Source of the DNA: Camelus dromedarius
Taxonomy: Eukaryota
Direction of reading: 5' to 3'
Assembly (NCBI RefSeq): GCF_036321535.1
Contig: NC_087436.1
Location: 91,886,001 to 91,950,000 of the forward strand
Length of the DNA stretch: 64,000 nt
How positions within the stretch are numbered: position 1 is the stretch's first letter; the number at the start of each line of letters is the position of its first letter. Below the pieces are notes generated by a model. The model was not told where the DNA came from. It worked only from the letters and a program-made list of their open reading frames with translations, and did not search any database. The position numbers and the translations under genes are program-made. Positions 40,821 through 53,200 of the stretch are shown in pieces.

Positions 40821-41676
40821 CAGTTCCTTTCTGCTCTTTAAATTGGCTTTAAAATATTCTTTCTTTTGGAAACGGTGAAGTCAACAGGTAATAGTTCTTT
40901 TTATGTTGTTTTTGTATTGTTTGTAATGTTTTACAGGCAAAATCAAAGCTGGTAACAGTTACTCCGGTCATCCTTGCACTATTATTTCAAAATTTTACTG
41001 AATGGCAATACTCACTGTGAACCATTGATCTCAACCTTTCATCAAAATAATATGCATTTAATTGATATGAATACTGATTTATTTAATTGATACTGATACC
41101 CAAAAATAGATTATGAAGAACAGCAGGCATGGATTTATGCTCAATGAGTAACGTTTTTTTGTAAATTTACATATATTTCTGGTCAGCTTTTGAATTCTAG
41201 AGAGGGTAGTACCTCTCTAGAACATGTATTCCCATTACTGAACCTCTTTTCTCAATGATTGCCACCATTTTTTCCAAAAGTCTAGGCCTAACTACTTTAA
41301 GAAAAAAAGGAAAAAATCTTAGAAAAAGTGGTTCCAAGACTTCCATTTCTTACCTCTTTGAGTTGACCTCTCCAAAATTACTAAGAGCATAGAGAAAGGA
41401 TTTTTTGTCCTTTTTCATTTATCTCAAAAAAAATGCCTTGAGCAACAATTCATCTACCCAAATCTAATACTTTCCTTCTTCTTAACAGACAAGTTAACAT
41501 AGTGTAACAAAAACACCAGTAGACAGGGAGTCAAGATTTATGAGAGTGCCAAGTGATATTGTGAATAATATTGAGATAAGGCTTTAATAACCCAGCACAT
41601 TCATAGTGTAAATCAATCCTCAGATAAATATTCTCCTTACTCAAAGACCAGTATTATTACTGCTTCTTTTCTTTAC

Positions 41677-41866
41677 CCTTTGGTGACCTCCTCCTGCCCA
41701 CTCTTTTCCTTGTCCACAAAAGCAAGTCTTCCTTCTCGACCCTTCTCTTGGTGGTCAGTGACTGTGTGCATCACGGAAAACATAAATATCTGGAGCTTCA
41801 ACCTGACAAATGGTCACGCAAATGTCTCTTTTCTCCATAGAGACTCTTCCTGGCAATTGTCTTCAT
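41677..41866 (-). pseudogene. Internal exon, 190 nt, disrupted: (R)*RQLPGRVSMEKRDICVTICQVEAPDIYVFRDAH...
   Basis: Acceptor TATCTGCTTTAG|A in phase 2 matching the 42020 exon; donor AGG|GTAAAG. TGA stop(s); 3' frame ambiguous. Confidence 0.6.
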
Positions 41867-42019
41867 CTAAAGCAGATACTGAACAAATCACTTTTTGCAC
41901 TTATTTCAACAAGATGCATGAGTAAGTATGATAGTCTATTTACTTCTGACCTATTTAAGTACGTCGCCTTCTCACTGGTGAGATGTCACCATGATGAAAC
42001 CAATAATTTTTCCCCTTAC

Positions 42020-42209
42020 CTCAACCCTATGTCAGACATGGGAACCAGAGGTTTATCTAGAGGTTTTGGAAGTTTTGGAACAGTAACACCAAAGCAGGCG
42101 ATGACCCAGCCAGGGTTCAGATTTCTTTCCAAATTATAGTTTTATAGGTGAGATGACTATATCAATTACACTCACATAGTTTTGTGTGGTGCTATTTAGA
42201 TTGCAGGAG
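42020..42209 (-). pseudogene. Internal exon, 190 nt, 1-nt frameshift: (S)SCNLNSTTQNYVSVIDIVISPI/NYNLERNLNPGWVIACFGVTVPKLPKPLDKPLVPMSDIGL(R)
   Basis: Acceptor CTTTTCTCCCCAG|, donor GAG|GTAAGG. Phase 2-2 needs a 3n length; removing one base near ATAAAACTAT restores a fully open frame. Confidence 0.75.
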
Positions 42210-43052
42210 CTGGGGAGAAAAGTGGGATACAATATAGTCTTCTCTACATTTTGGAAGATTAATGTTTCAGTTCCTGAAGAATAATCTAAGACAATACAGT
42301 CAAAGTGCCCTTCTTTTACATGAAGTACAACTTTAGAAACCTATATAACCACACGATTGTTGTAAAGACCATATAGAAGTAAATAAACACATTTTGTGAT
42401 TTTTAAACACTAAAGACAATAAAAGGTAATGAAAGGGGAGGGTAGAATTGAATTTGAGTCTAAACTTCAATCTAATAAAAGTGTGCTGTGCTGAAAGGAG
42501 TAATTATTCTGATTTTTTTACTTCACAAAATGTAAACTGATAAGATTTCTCATGTCTTCAGTATTTATGAATCCCTTATTTTGTTAGTATTCATATCAAA
42601 ACTACCTCCAAAAATATTTAAAGAGCTATTGAACAAAATGGTGGGGAAAAAATTTTTTAATGATTATAAAACCAAAAAAAATTTAAGAGAGACATGAAAT
42701 CCTAGGATGAGATTATTATTGTTGTGCATGGAATTTGATCCTGAATATTCAAGATGGGCATGTAATTTGAAGAGACAGGTGCTGAGGAAATATAGCATAA
42801 GAAAAAACAGTGTTTTTGTCTTCCAGGAGCTTAAACCAATGAGGAAAAATTATACAAAGAAACAGTAAAATTATGCTATAAAACCAAGGGCAGAGGTAAG
42901 AGCTTCTGGAAAAGGGCAGAGACACATTTCTGCAGACTCGAGGGAAAGCTGGTTGGGAAAGCTCCAGACACATTTTAAGGGTGAGAGAAGAGACTGGAGA
43001 CAATCCATTTCAGAAGACTTTATCTTCCTACAAACACAGTAAGTGAAGTTAC

Positions 43053-43240
43053 CTGCTGCTTTGGAAATGGGCTGATTGTTTCAGGGTCAGTAGAAAAAGT
43101 GTGCAGTGGCCACTGGGGAGAACACAGTAGGAACTAGACTTTTTATTACACCCATCACTAAAGGAGTCTGTCAATAAGTAAAAAATATAGGCAGCTGAGT
43201 TTTCTCTAAAAATATTACGAAGACATTCTCCAATGATCTT
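43053..43240 (-). pseudogene. Internal exon, 188 nt, open: KIIGECLRNIFRENSAAYIFYLLTDSFSDGCNKKSSSYCVLPSGHCTLFLLTLKQSAHFQSS(S)
   Basis: Acceptor CTCTGACCTACAAG| (NAGNAG alternative at 43237), donor CAG|GTAACT. Phase 0 to 2 matches the next exon; inside ORF 43049..43288. Confidence 0.7.
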
Positions 43241-43451
43241 CTTGTAGGTCAGAGAATATTTGGTAGGCCAAGCAATTTCTATTAGCAATTCTGTGTAGAC
43301 AGTTTTATTTATTAAATATACATTAGAGGAAATGATATTTCTCCTTCAGAGTCTAGACTTGTGGCACTGTAAACTGATTCCTTTAAATATATGGAAACTA
43401 GCTATGTTTATTTTATGACTAAGAAAATCTCATAACTCTCAAGGCTCATAT

Positions 43452-43672
43452 CCAACTCATATCTCTAAAATGTTTTTTTAATAAATTAGAATAAACATAT
43501 AATCTCTTTTCTGCAAACCATGGGCTATTTATCCAGACCAAACAAAGATATTTGAACATGTTAATAATTTCAGTGGGGTTTTCAAATACAGGACTGGGCT
43601 GTGCACACAGAGCCTGCTTGGGATACCGTACTCCATTGTAACCTCTCCAATTCACTTGCTTTTTAATTCCTG
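43452..43672 (-). pseudogene. Exon, 221 nt, open: (A)GIKKQVNWRGYNGVRYPKQALCAQPSPVFENPTEIINMFKYLCLVWINSPWFAEKRLYVYSNLLKKHFRDMSW
   Basis: Acceptor TTCCTCAACAG|, 73 open codons. Ends TGG|ATATGA, a putative GT>AT mutated donor, in phase 0 matching the next exon. Confidence 0.6.
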
Positions 43673-44619
43673 CTGTTGAGGAATATTATTATTAGCAATC
43701 AGGCCTTAAATCTATAGAAATACAATTTTCCCTTTATAGATTCAACAGTGGAGAGACTGGAGGTTATCTGGGGCTTGGAAGAAGGTACTGTGATCAAAGG
43801 ACTTCAAACTCCCTTGGATTTGATCTGCGTAGAAAGTGAAGTTGTAATGAATGGGAGAGGTACACACCTTCCATGCATATCATTTTATTGGGCTATAATT
43901 GGGTAGATCATTTTTCTTAAGAGTATAGAATGTCTAATTAAAGGCAAAAAATGGAATTAGCCTAAATGTCTGTTAATACTTTTAAAAATAATTAAATGTT
44001 ATAGAATATCCATGCAACCACTAAAAATACAAAAGATCTATATACACTGAAATGAAAACGATCACAAAACATTACGAAAACAAGTAACAGAATAAGACAC
44101 AGGGGTAAAATCTTGTTTTTGTATACCAGCAAAAGTTGTGTATATGCATACATTCTTAAAGACAGAACAAAAATATTTTAGAGGTACACAACAAACAAAC
44201 TCAACAGGGGTTACAGCTGGAAATAGAATGGGGGGGTCCAAATGCTTTCAATTTTTATTATATAGGTATTATATTATCTATATTATTATATTTTATTGAA
44301 TAGATATCTATGTTGTTTGATTTCTGCATACATAATTAATTAGATTTGTTATTAAACAGAAACAATATAAATTGTTACTAAATAAATTTATTGAAGACAA
44401 GAATAATCTATTTTATATTTTTTGGTGATTTCAATTAAAAATAGTAAATATTTATTTTGTTATAATTATTGACTAAATAATAACTCTCTCTGTTATTGTC
44501 ATGTAGACGTGTCCAGTGTGCCACATATCATTCCTTGCCATTCTGCCTTTGTTGCAACTTCACATGTACTATGCAGAAGGATTGAAGAGTAGATAGTCTG
44601 GTTGTACACAGGTTGTGCA

Positions 44620-44785
44620 GCTCAAAGGTCCTGCTGACAAGGAGCAGCATCAGCATCTGAGAGTTTGGTAGAAATGCAAAATCTCATGCGCCACTCCAGA
44701 TCTACTGACTTGCAACCTGCATTTTAACAAGATTCTGAAGGGAGAAGAGATTCACATTCTCATTAAAGATTAGGAAGCACTGCAT
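44620..44785. mobile_element. MER5A-like hAT MITE
   Basis: gcagcatcagcatctgagagtttggtagaaatgcaaaatctca...ctgcattttaacaagatt...aggaagcactg. Confidence 0.8.
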
Positions 44786-45499
44786 CAGAGGACTCATCTT
44801 CATCCTATGATTCTGTAACAAGTATTTTATTTTTATTCCAATCATATGTTTGTGAAGAACCTAGAAACATAGGGGTAGAGAAGACTTAACAGAGATTAGA
44901 AGGGCTAAAGCATTTGATTCATTTCCATATTACCTTTCTAGGGTTGATGGCTTCAATCATTTCCTTTATTTGAAATCACCTCAAAACAAGTAAGATCACA
45001 GAAGACCACAAATCTGAGTATAAACCTCTACTCATAGTCAGATAGAGAACAGCATGAACCTCTATGGGTTTTGACCTGCAAATTGAAAGTGGCTATTAAA
45101 AGATATGCCACACAAGAAATATGTTGTTTGTATAAACATGTATTTATTCACATTTAGATGAAAGTTCAGAAAGCAAAAGGCAGGGTGAAATGAAATGTGG
45201 GCAGAGTGAAATAAGGATTGTCAGACTACAAAATGCAAAAAAAAAAAAAAAGCACATATCAGGACTGCTATTTTCTGAGTGTATTCAAAGTATAAATAAA
45301 ATACATTGGAATAAGATTTTTTAAAAAAAAGACACCTTAACAATAGCGAAGGGCACTGTCGTTTCATTCATTTATTCTTTTCCCATTGATTTATGCCCCC
45401 TTATATTTAAAAAAATGTAAAATAATATTGCCTGTCAAATTGTAAACAGTAAAAGCTTTTGAAATAAATGCAAACCTCTTTTCTATTTCCTGGAAGTAT

Positions 45500-47200
45500 T
45501 CCATTTCCTATACTATTACAGATTAGGTATTCTGAAAATCCTTCTCCACAAAGCAAATAGAAATGCTAAGTGAAATATAACATATGTACTTTTAAATTCA
45601 AAGCTGTACTAACAAAATTTAAATGAAATCCCCAGGATACTAAAGCAAAGAGGTCATTGAAAACCAAGGTGGTGAGCACAAGAGCCAATGCTCAGCAGCC
45701 TTGGGGAAGTTGTTGATGTCAGTAACCTAGAGTGTTGGGTTTTAATGCTCAGAGGATACATGACACCTGTGCCAAATGAACCTTGGACCTGATATCTCAC
45801 CCAAAGCCAGGATGTGCAAAAGACTACATCTTCAGTGAAAGGATCAACTTAAAAAATAGATGCACCAGGACAAGGAGGAAATGACATTCATGCCTGGACA
45901 CCTGGGCTCTGGGTAGAAAAATTAGTCTCCTATAAGAATTTATGTCATGTGTTATCAGAATTCAGTTTCAACTGTCTATGTTTTCTGAGAGATTAGAAAT
46001 TAAATAAAATGTTCTTAGGGTAATGATACCCCTAGAATTTCTGGCCAAAACAAACTGAAATCCTCTCTTGATACATTCTCTCTCAACACAGGCCATACAA
46101 GACTCCCACGAATAAAGCCCTCTGATGACATGAGAGTCAACAAGCAAAAAAGCAGAAGAACCAGATGATACAACTATTAGAGATAGATGATAAAACAAGT
46201 ATGCATAAAGTGATTAGAGGCAAAAAACAAGGAAAATAAATCACAATGAGAAAAGAATACATAGGTAAGAAGAGAACCAAAAAGAATATCAAAAAAATAC
46301 AGTTTTTGAAATATAGAGAAGTGTCATTGGATGAATTTATTAGATTGGCCACAGCCAACAAAGAATTAATGACCTAGAAGAGATTATTCATAATTTACTC
46401 CCAGAATATAAAATGAGAGAAAATAAGAAAGAGGAATTAAGGAGTATTATGTATTTCAAAGGACCAGGATAGAGGGAATGGAGAAAAGGCAATATTCTTA
46501 GAAATAATACCTGAGAAATTTCTAGAATTAATGACATACATATTTTTTTCTTATTCTAGATTCTCAGAGTGTAAATAAAAACAAATCCACACCTACATGT
46601 ACTGTAGTATAACTATAGAATTTTAAATTATGGAAAAGATTTTAAAAGTAAGAATTCAGATTGTTACAAAAAGACAATAACAAAACTGCAGACTTTTAAA
46701 AATGGAACAGTATCTGTAGAGAGTTGAAAGACTAGAAAGGCAACCTATTTTTCTATACTCAGCTAAAATAGCATAGTGAAATAGTGAGGACAAAATAAAT
46801 TCAGATAATCAAACAGAGTTTACCACTACCAGCTTCTTATTTACAAAGGCTGTAAATCTGGGGAGAAAGAAATATGAACCTAGAAGAAGGAAGTAAGTTG
46901 CAGAATTAACTTTCCAAACAACTATAGCAAATAAAATGGAAGATAATTACCTGGGCTAAGCATTTTAAGGTCTTTGTATTGTTCTATAAAGAAGAGTAAA
47001 GATACTGATCGTCTTTAAACTGCATAAATTTTAAACTGTTTCAAATTTGTCATATTAAAATGTTAGAGTAAGTCAGTTAAACAACAGAGGGAAAATTATA
47101 ACAGTCAAATCAGTAGAAGGGAAAAATCAGGATAAGGAAAACTTGAATAATACAAAAGGTAAAAGGAAAGGGTGGCAGGGGGAGACACAAACAAAAAGAG
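45500..47200 (+). mobile_element. Ancient L1ME 5'/ORF1 relic
   Basis: A-rich; agattggccacagccaacaaagaattaatgacctagaaga...gaaataatacctgagaaatttctagaatt...aaatccacacctacat. Confidence 0.6.
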
Positions 47201-47914
47201 AAATTAGGAATTACTCAGTGTAATGGGAAAAATAATCCTTAATTCTGAAAATGGAAGTTGTTTGAAGATAACATTTTAACAGAGAACCGTGCCCAACCAT
47301 CCACCTCTATCCCCATATACACACCCCAGAAGGAGTTTGGAGTAGAAGGCGGTGCCTTACCTAACATTTTATCCAGCCCTGTCTTAGAGTTGCTTGATTG
47401 CAAGCAATATTTGTAATAATTGAAATAATTTTTAAAAAATTACATTTTATTGGAACAATATGTGTACCTTACAGATAAAACAAAAAATAGGAGCTAAAAT
47501 CTCTGCTATCAGGAAAGACAGGAACCAGACTGAGAACAAACAGCTAATTTCTTTAGAACCATCCAACCAAAATGAATGATTCTTCTCTCGGGCTTCAAAT
47601 GACCAGTCTGATTGTCCAGGGTAGGGCTAAGGGGGACAGACAATTTGATTAACAGATGCACTAAGAACACAAGGAACTGAGCAAAACAGGATCAGTGGGC
47701 AGGGTTCCCCAAAGGGAAATCAAAGTGCCATGACCAAAGGAAGTAAAAAGAAATCTTCAGCTGAAAAAAAAAAAAAAAAGAATTTGCCAGAGGTAATCTG
47801 CTGGATCTTTGTCCAAGCCTAGCAACAATCATTATATAATATTTGACTCAAGGGGGTATACATTCTTGAATAGTTTTTAAGTTCTTCTTCTTTCTCCTTA
47901 AGCATCCAGACCAC

Positions 47915-48250
47915 CAGGGGTCACAAATCAAATGACTGCTGGCATCAGACAACTCAAGGAAACACGGAAAGCAGTATTGGAATAGAATGATAAATGGCAA
48001 CTGACTTTCAGCATCGGGAATAAAATCAGAACCGGTGAAGGGAAAAGAAAACTGGAGAGCCCCTGGCTCAGCCCAAGGAAGCAGAAGTTACTCAGCTCAA
48101 GCTGATTGCTGCCATGCAGAAATGCCGGCCCACTGGAGCCAGATCTTTTTGGAGTAAAATTAAGAGTCAGGAGTTTATGCAAAATAGTCAGATTTTTAAA
48201 TATTGGCAACTGACCTCATTTTGAAAATACTGTGTGAACCATCACTAGGC
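47915..48250 (+). mobile_element. MER102-like hAT element
   Basis: caggggtcacaaatcaaatg...atgccggccc...gccagatc...cagatttttaaatattggcaact...aaaatactgtgtg. Confidence 0.55.
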
Positions 48251-48564
48251 AAATCATTCCAACAGAAACAGCTAATCCTGCTTATTCGCCATCCTTGGAT
48301 TGGGGCTTGTGGATCAGAGACATGTGGATGGACTGTCTATGCAAGTTAATGGGAGGGCGTTGGGAGAGTCTGTCCTTTGGCTTCCCTCCTCTCATCTTTC
48401 GGGCTGTCATCAGCTATGCATTTTATTTTTATATAGATTAAAAACCTTGCCGTGTAACACTACTGTTTTTGTTTTAACCAGTTATCTTTTAGAGAACTTA
48501 AAAGTAGAAAGTAGATCTGTTATTTGTACCTTTATTTTTATTTATTTCAGGAGCTCCAATTTTT

Positions 48565-49680
48565 AAAAATATACTTTATTCTTTTTAGGGAAGTTTTAGG
48601 TTCACAGCGAAAGTAAGCAGAAAGTACAGAGCTCCCATATACCCTTCTGTCCCCAACCCCCTCCCTCCCCGCAAACTTCCCCACTATCAACGTCCCCACC
48701 ACAGTGGTACATTTGTTATAACTAATGAACCTAATGATGCATCATTATCACCCAAAGTCTATAGTTCACATTAGGATTCACTCTTGGTGGTGCACATTCT
48801 ATGGGATTGGACAAACACCTAAAGATGTATATCCACCATTGTAATGTCATACAGGGTCGTTTCACTGCCCTAAAATTCCTGTGCTAGTCTATGCACCCCC
48901 CTTTTCCCCCAGCCCCTGAACCACTAATCTTTTTACTGTCTCAGTAGTTTTCCCTTTTCCAGAATGCTGTATGGTTGAAACCATATAATATGTAGCCATT
49001 TTAAATTTACTTTTTTTACTTAGCAATACACATTTTAGTTTTCTACATGTCTTTTAGCCCATTTCTTTTTAGCCTTGAATAACATTCCATTGTCTGGATA
49101 AACCACAGTTTATTTATCTATTCACCTGCTAAAGGACATCTTGGTTGTCTTCAAGTTTTGGCAATTATGACTAAAGCTACTATAAACATCCATGTACAAG
49201 ATTTGGTATAAACATAAGTTTTCAGCTCTTTGGATAACTACCAAAGAATAGGAATGCTGAAATGAACTGGAAAGAGTATGTTTAATTTTGTTACAAACTG
49301 ACAAACTCTCTTCCCAGGTGGCTATACTATTTTGCATTCCCACAAGCAGTGAATAAGAGTTCCTTTTGCCATACATCTTGAATTTGATGCTGCCTGTGTT
49401 TCAGATTTTGGCCATTCTAATAAGAATGTAGTGGTATATCACTGGTGTTGTAATTTGCAATTCCCTAACGACATGATTTTTGAGCATCTTTTCATATGCT
49501 TACTTGCCATCTGTAAATCTTGATAAAGTTTGTGTTCAGATATTTTGTCCATTTTTTAAGTGGGTTGTTTGTTTTCTTTTTGTTAAAAGATCTTTATTTT
49601 GTATAATAGTCTTTTATCAGGTCTTTTGCAAATATTCTTCTGCCAGTCTGTGACTTGTTTCCTGATTCTCTTCATCCTTA
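48565..49680 (-). mobile_element. L1MA/MB-type 3' end
   Basis: gttttaggttcacagcgaaagtaagcagaaagtacagag...cattatcacccaaagtctatagttcacattagg...ttttggccattctaata. Confidence 0.85.
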
Positions 49681-51557
49681 CTTCTTTTGAAGATCTATGT
49701 TTCTGTCTGCTGACCAGCATGGTCAGATACCTAATCATCACTTCAAAATGTAACATCCTTCTCTATTTATCAGATATTAAATAAAGGCAGTGCATTTCCC
49801 TACATTGTCAAGATATTTATTACTTAATTGATTACTATAGAACCCATTATAATTTTTAGAAAGAATGTTAGCTGATCTGGGTTATCAATCTTAGACATGT
49901 TTTAAGCAAATATCAAAATTACCCTTAAAAGTCTCCAAGCCATAAGATAAGCAGTTATTCCTGGTCTAATATTTTAGCCAAGCCAATAGCTACCTGAGGA
50001 AAATATATTCAAAATCAACTAAAATTAAAGGGAAAAAAAGAGAAAAGTAGACTGTTCCAGAGCCTTTTTTTTTACTTAACTCAAAAACAAAAGCTATGCA
50101 TGAATAGCATTTAAAGACTAAAAAGACTTAGAAATGATTATCACACTGTTAAACCAAAAGATTCAATGGTTGCTCGGAAATTCTGTAGAGAACTGTTTAT
50201 TCCACTCCAGAAGATCACTGGGAAATGTCAAGCTTCATTATCTTTTGTGAAAGTATGACTATGTGTGTGAAGACCCCTCTGCTGACCTTGATTACGGGAA
50301 TACACTTGACGGAAGTTTCTAGCTTTTTTTTTTTTCTCATCTTTATTATTTTATCTTCTACCATTATTATGGTTTTGCCTTTCTCACAACATAAAGATTT
50401 GCCCACTCCTCTGGATAGATTTTTAATCTAAGGCAATGATCTTCCAACATTTCCTTTTAAGTAATAGCCTGGGTTCTGACCTAAACTAGTTTTCTGGAAA
50501 GAGAAAAGTGGGCCACTGTGGGCATAGGAAGAGCCAAGGAGAGAAAGGAAAGCAAAGACAGAGCATGAATTAGCAAGTCCAAGAAGGTGGGCAAAGGGCA
50601 CTAGGTATGAAGCAAATAAAAATTAGCTTAGGTTAAATAAACAAGAGAAGTTCTTTCTGGAATGATAGAGAAAAGTAATATAACAGGGAATTTGTAACCT
50701 GTTGTTTGGTCAGGGAGAAAGTTATTAATGTGGAGTCAGTGACAGACCTGAAAATATAATCAACAGTCAAGAATTATTTAATCAAATATATGCCCGTATC
50801 CTCACTCAAAATATAATATCTGAAAATTTTTATTGCTGACTTTATAAATTTCTTAAAGGTAAAGGAGAAAAAAAAATACTTGAACTTTTTAAAGTTATCC
50901 TTACTTAAACTTTTCCACTAGTAAACTGGTCCAAATTATTAACATATCTTTGTAGAGAATAACGTTCTTTAAACATATAACATAAATAGGTAGTTATTAC
51001 AACTTTTCATCTGTGTTTTTATTATTTGTTTCTTCTTGGAAATTGGCCCTCCTTTGGATCCATCTTATTCAGACATGGCATAGTGTTATTTTGAAAAAAT
51101 GTATGCAATGGTTGAATTATAATGAGCAAATGAAATTTCTAGCAAGGGAAAATAATTTTAACTCCACGTATTTGCCTTAAAAGCAAATAGAAATGGAATC
51201 ACACTTGAAACAAGCAAGAACGAGAACACACACACAGAAACAGGAGCCCATCACTGAACTGCTGCACAAAGAAGTATTAGAGTGAGGAGCTACCCCAGCT
51301 TCACACCATGCAATTTAAATGCACTGTGAGCAATTAACACTGACATAATTGAAACTGTCTCTGCACCATGGTTCAGTTAGGTCGTTTGAACGTTGTGCTA
51401 GAAAAACCTGAAGTTATTTTTAAGAAAAACAGGGGAGATAGTCACTATATTTCATTTAATTCAGGTACCATCCAAGATCGTAACAAGGTAAGAGAGACAG
51501 TCTGTGACCCACACTGCCCTCTGCTCCAGGCTGTTCCTGCTTCAGAAAGTAACGTAA

Positions 51558-51925
51558 GTGATATCGTATGATGTTTGTCTTTCTCTGACTTACTTCACTT
51601 AGTATGATAATCTTATTTACAAAACAGAAACAGACTCACAGACATAGAAAACTAACTTACGATTCCCAAAGGGAAAGGAGGAGAGGGATAAATTAAATTA
51701 GGAGTTTGGGATTAACAGATACAAACTACTATCTACAAAATACATAAACAAGAAGGTCCTACTGCATAGCACGGGGAACTATATTCAATTGCTTGTGATA
51801 ACCTATAATGAAAAAAGAATATGAAAAAAAATATAGTTGTATAACTGAATCACTTTGCTATACACCAGAAATTAATACTACTTTGTAAATCAACTATACT
51901 TCAATACTTCAATCAAAAAAAAAAA
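51558..51925. mobile_element. Young L1 3' fragment with 5' inversion
   Basis: About 55 nt antisense L1 (...acttacttcacttagtatgataatc) abutting sense ttatttacaaaacagaaacagactc...poly-A; flanked by gta(a/g)cgtaagt. Confidence 0.8.
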
Positions 51926-52494
51926 TTGTAGCGTAAGTATTACTGCATTGCTTCTGGGAGAAACTTTTCTCACCACCACCCTTCCCACCCAAGACATGTT
52001 TAGGTGTCTTGATATAGGTTTCTTGGCATGTATAGCATAAATAAACCCTTGCAGCATTGAGCCCTTTTTGATCACTGAAGAACTTTTTTATTAATATTTT
52101 TTCTTTGTATGTAAAGGAGGAATCATAACTCTATACGCAACTGTGCATATAACCCTTCTCTTCTAAAGAGGACTCAGTGCTCCTATAATTTTCATTATTT
52201 TTGTCAATGCCAGATGTAAATATAACTATCAAATATATAAATAAATGGTTAATAAGTTGAAAAAATGTGCTTTTAATGTGATCTGTACTGTTCCTTTGCA
52301 GTACTTTTTATGACCATGAGTAACTGTGGGTGTAAGTATTCACGTAAAGTCCATTTCACTTATTAGACTGTAAAATCTAGGAGGGCAGGAATCATTATTG
52401 TCAGTTCAGTGCCCAATGCCAAGAATGACACTTGGTATAGTATTAAGAAAATACTAAAAATAGATTAGTACAGTGAATGAGTTAGGTAGACAGG

Positions 52495-52745
52495 AGACAG
52501 ATAAATAAAATAATTAAATATCTGGTAGATAGGTAGATAGATAAAGATAGATAGAGATACTATATAAATATTAAAGAATTAAATCTTAGAATTGTTATTC
52601 ATTTTATAACACTCAGCATGAGCAAAGTGCTGAATTAGAGAGATGAGAGATGGAATGGATAGAAAGGAAGAAAGGAAGAAAAGAAGGGAAGAAAGAAAAG
52701 AAAAAAAAGAAAGAAAGAAGGAGAAAGAAAGAAAGAAAGATTGAT
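52495..52745. repeat. (GATA)n-like and (GAAA)n-like simple repeats
   Basis: Directly visible at about 52495-52560 and 52650-52740. Confidence 0.85.
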
Positions 52746-52849
52746 TCTTCAAATTAAATGGAAATAAAAGTAATTTTGTTCTTAGTATCACACTGATATA
52801 AAATGAAATGAACTGAGATGACATTAGAAGAGCTGTTAGAAAGGATTTA

Positions 52850-53200
52850 CCATTTACAAGAGACAGTAGCCCTGGACCACATTGCCAACAGATACTGTCC
52901 GACATATGCCTGTGTGTATTTGACGTAAGTAAGGGGCCGCACCACACGGTGCCACACAGAGGTTGCACTCAGAACAGAGTGCACCCCCGGGGGTTGTTGG
53001 GGGACCAGTTCTCTAGAAACAGGAAGATGAAGTGTCCCCTGCTTCCCACAGAAGGATGTGATTGGCTGGTTTGAATATTTCCACAGGATGGCTAGGAACT
53101 GAAATCCACTCTTCAGGGATAAGCAGGAATTGTGCCTGCTCCCTTTGATAAAGAAGATTGTTTGGCTAGCAGACCTTAACTGCGGGGACAGCAAAAGGAG
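52850..53200 (-). mobile_element. Probable ERV LTR fragment
   Basis: ttgacgtaagtaagggg...cttcccacagaaggatgtgattggctggtttgaata (CCAAT on the minus strand); family uncertain. Confidence 0.5.

Noticed and set aside
41770..41830. Tudor-like look of VTICQVEAPDIYVF
   Set aside because: No downstream aromatic-cage or DYG motif in any frame.
44470..44575. Possible minus-strand exon after CCTTCTGCATAG|
   Set aside because: All frames stop within about 25 codons and there is no donor.
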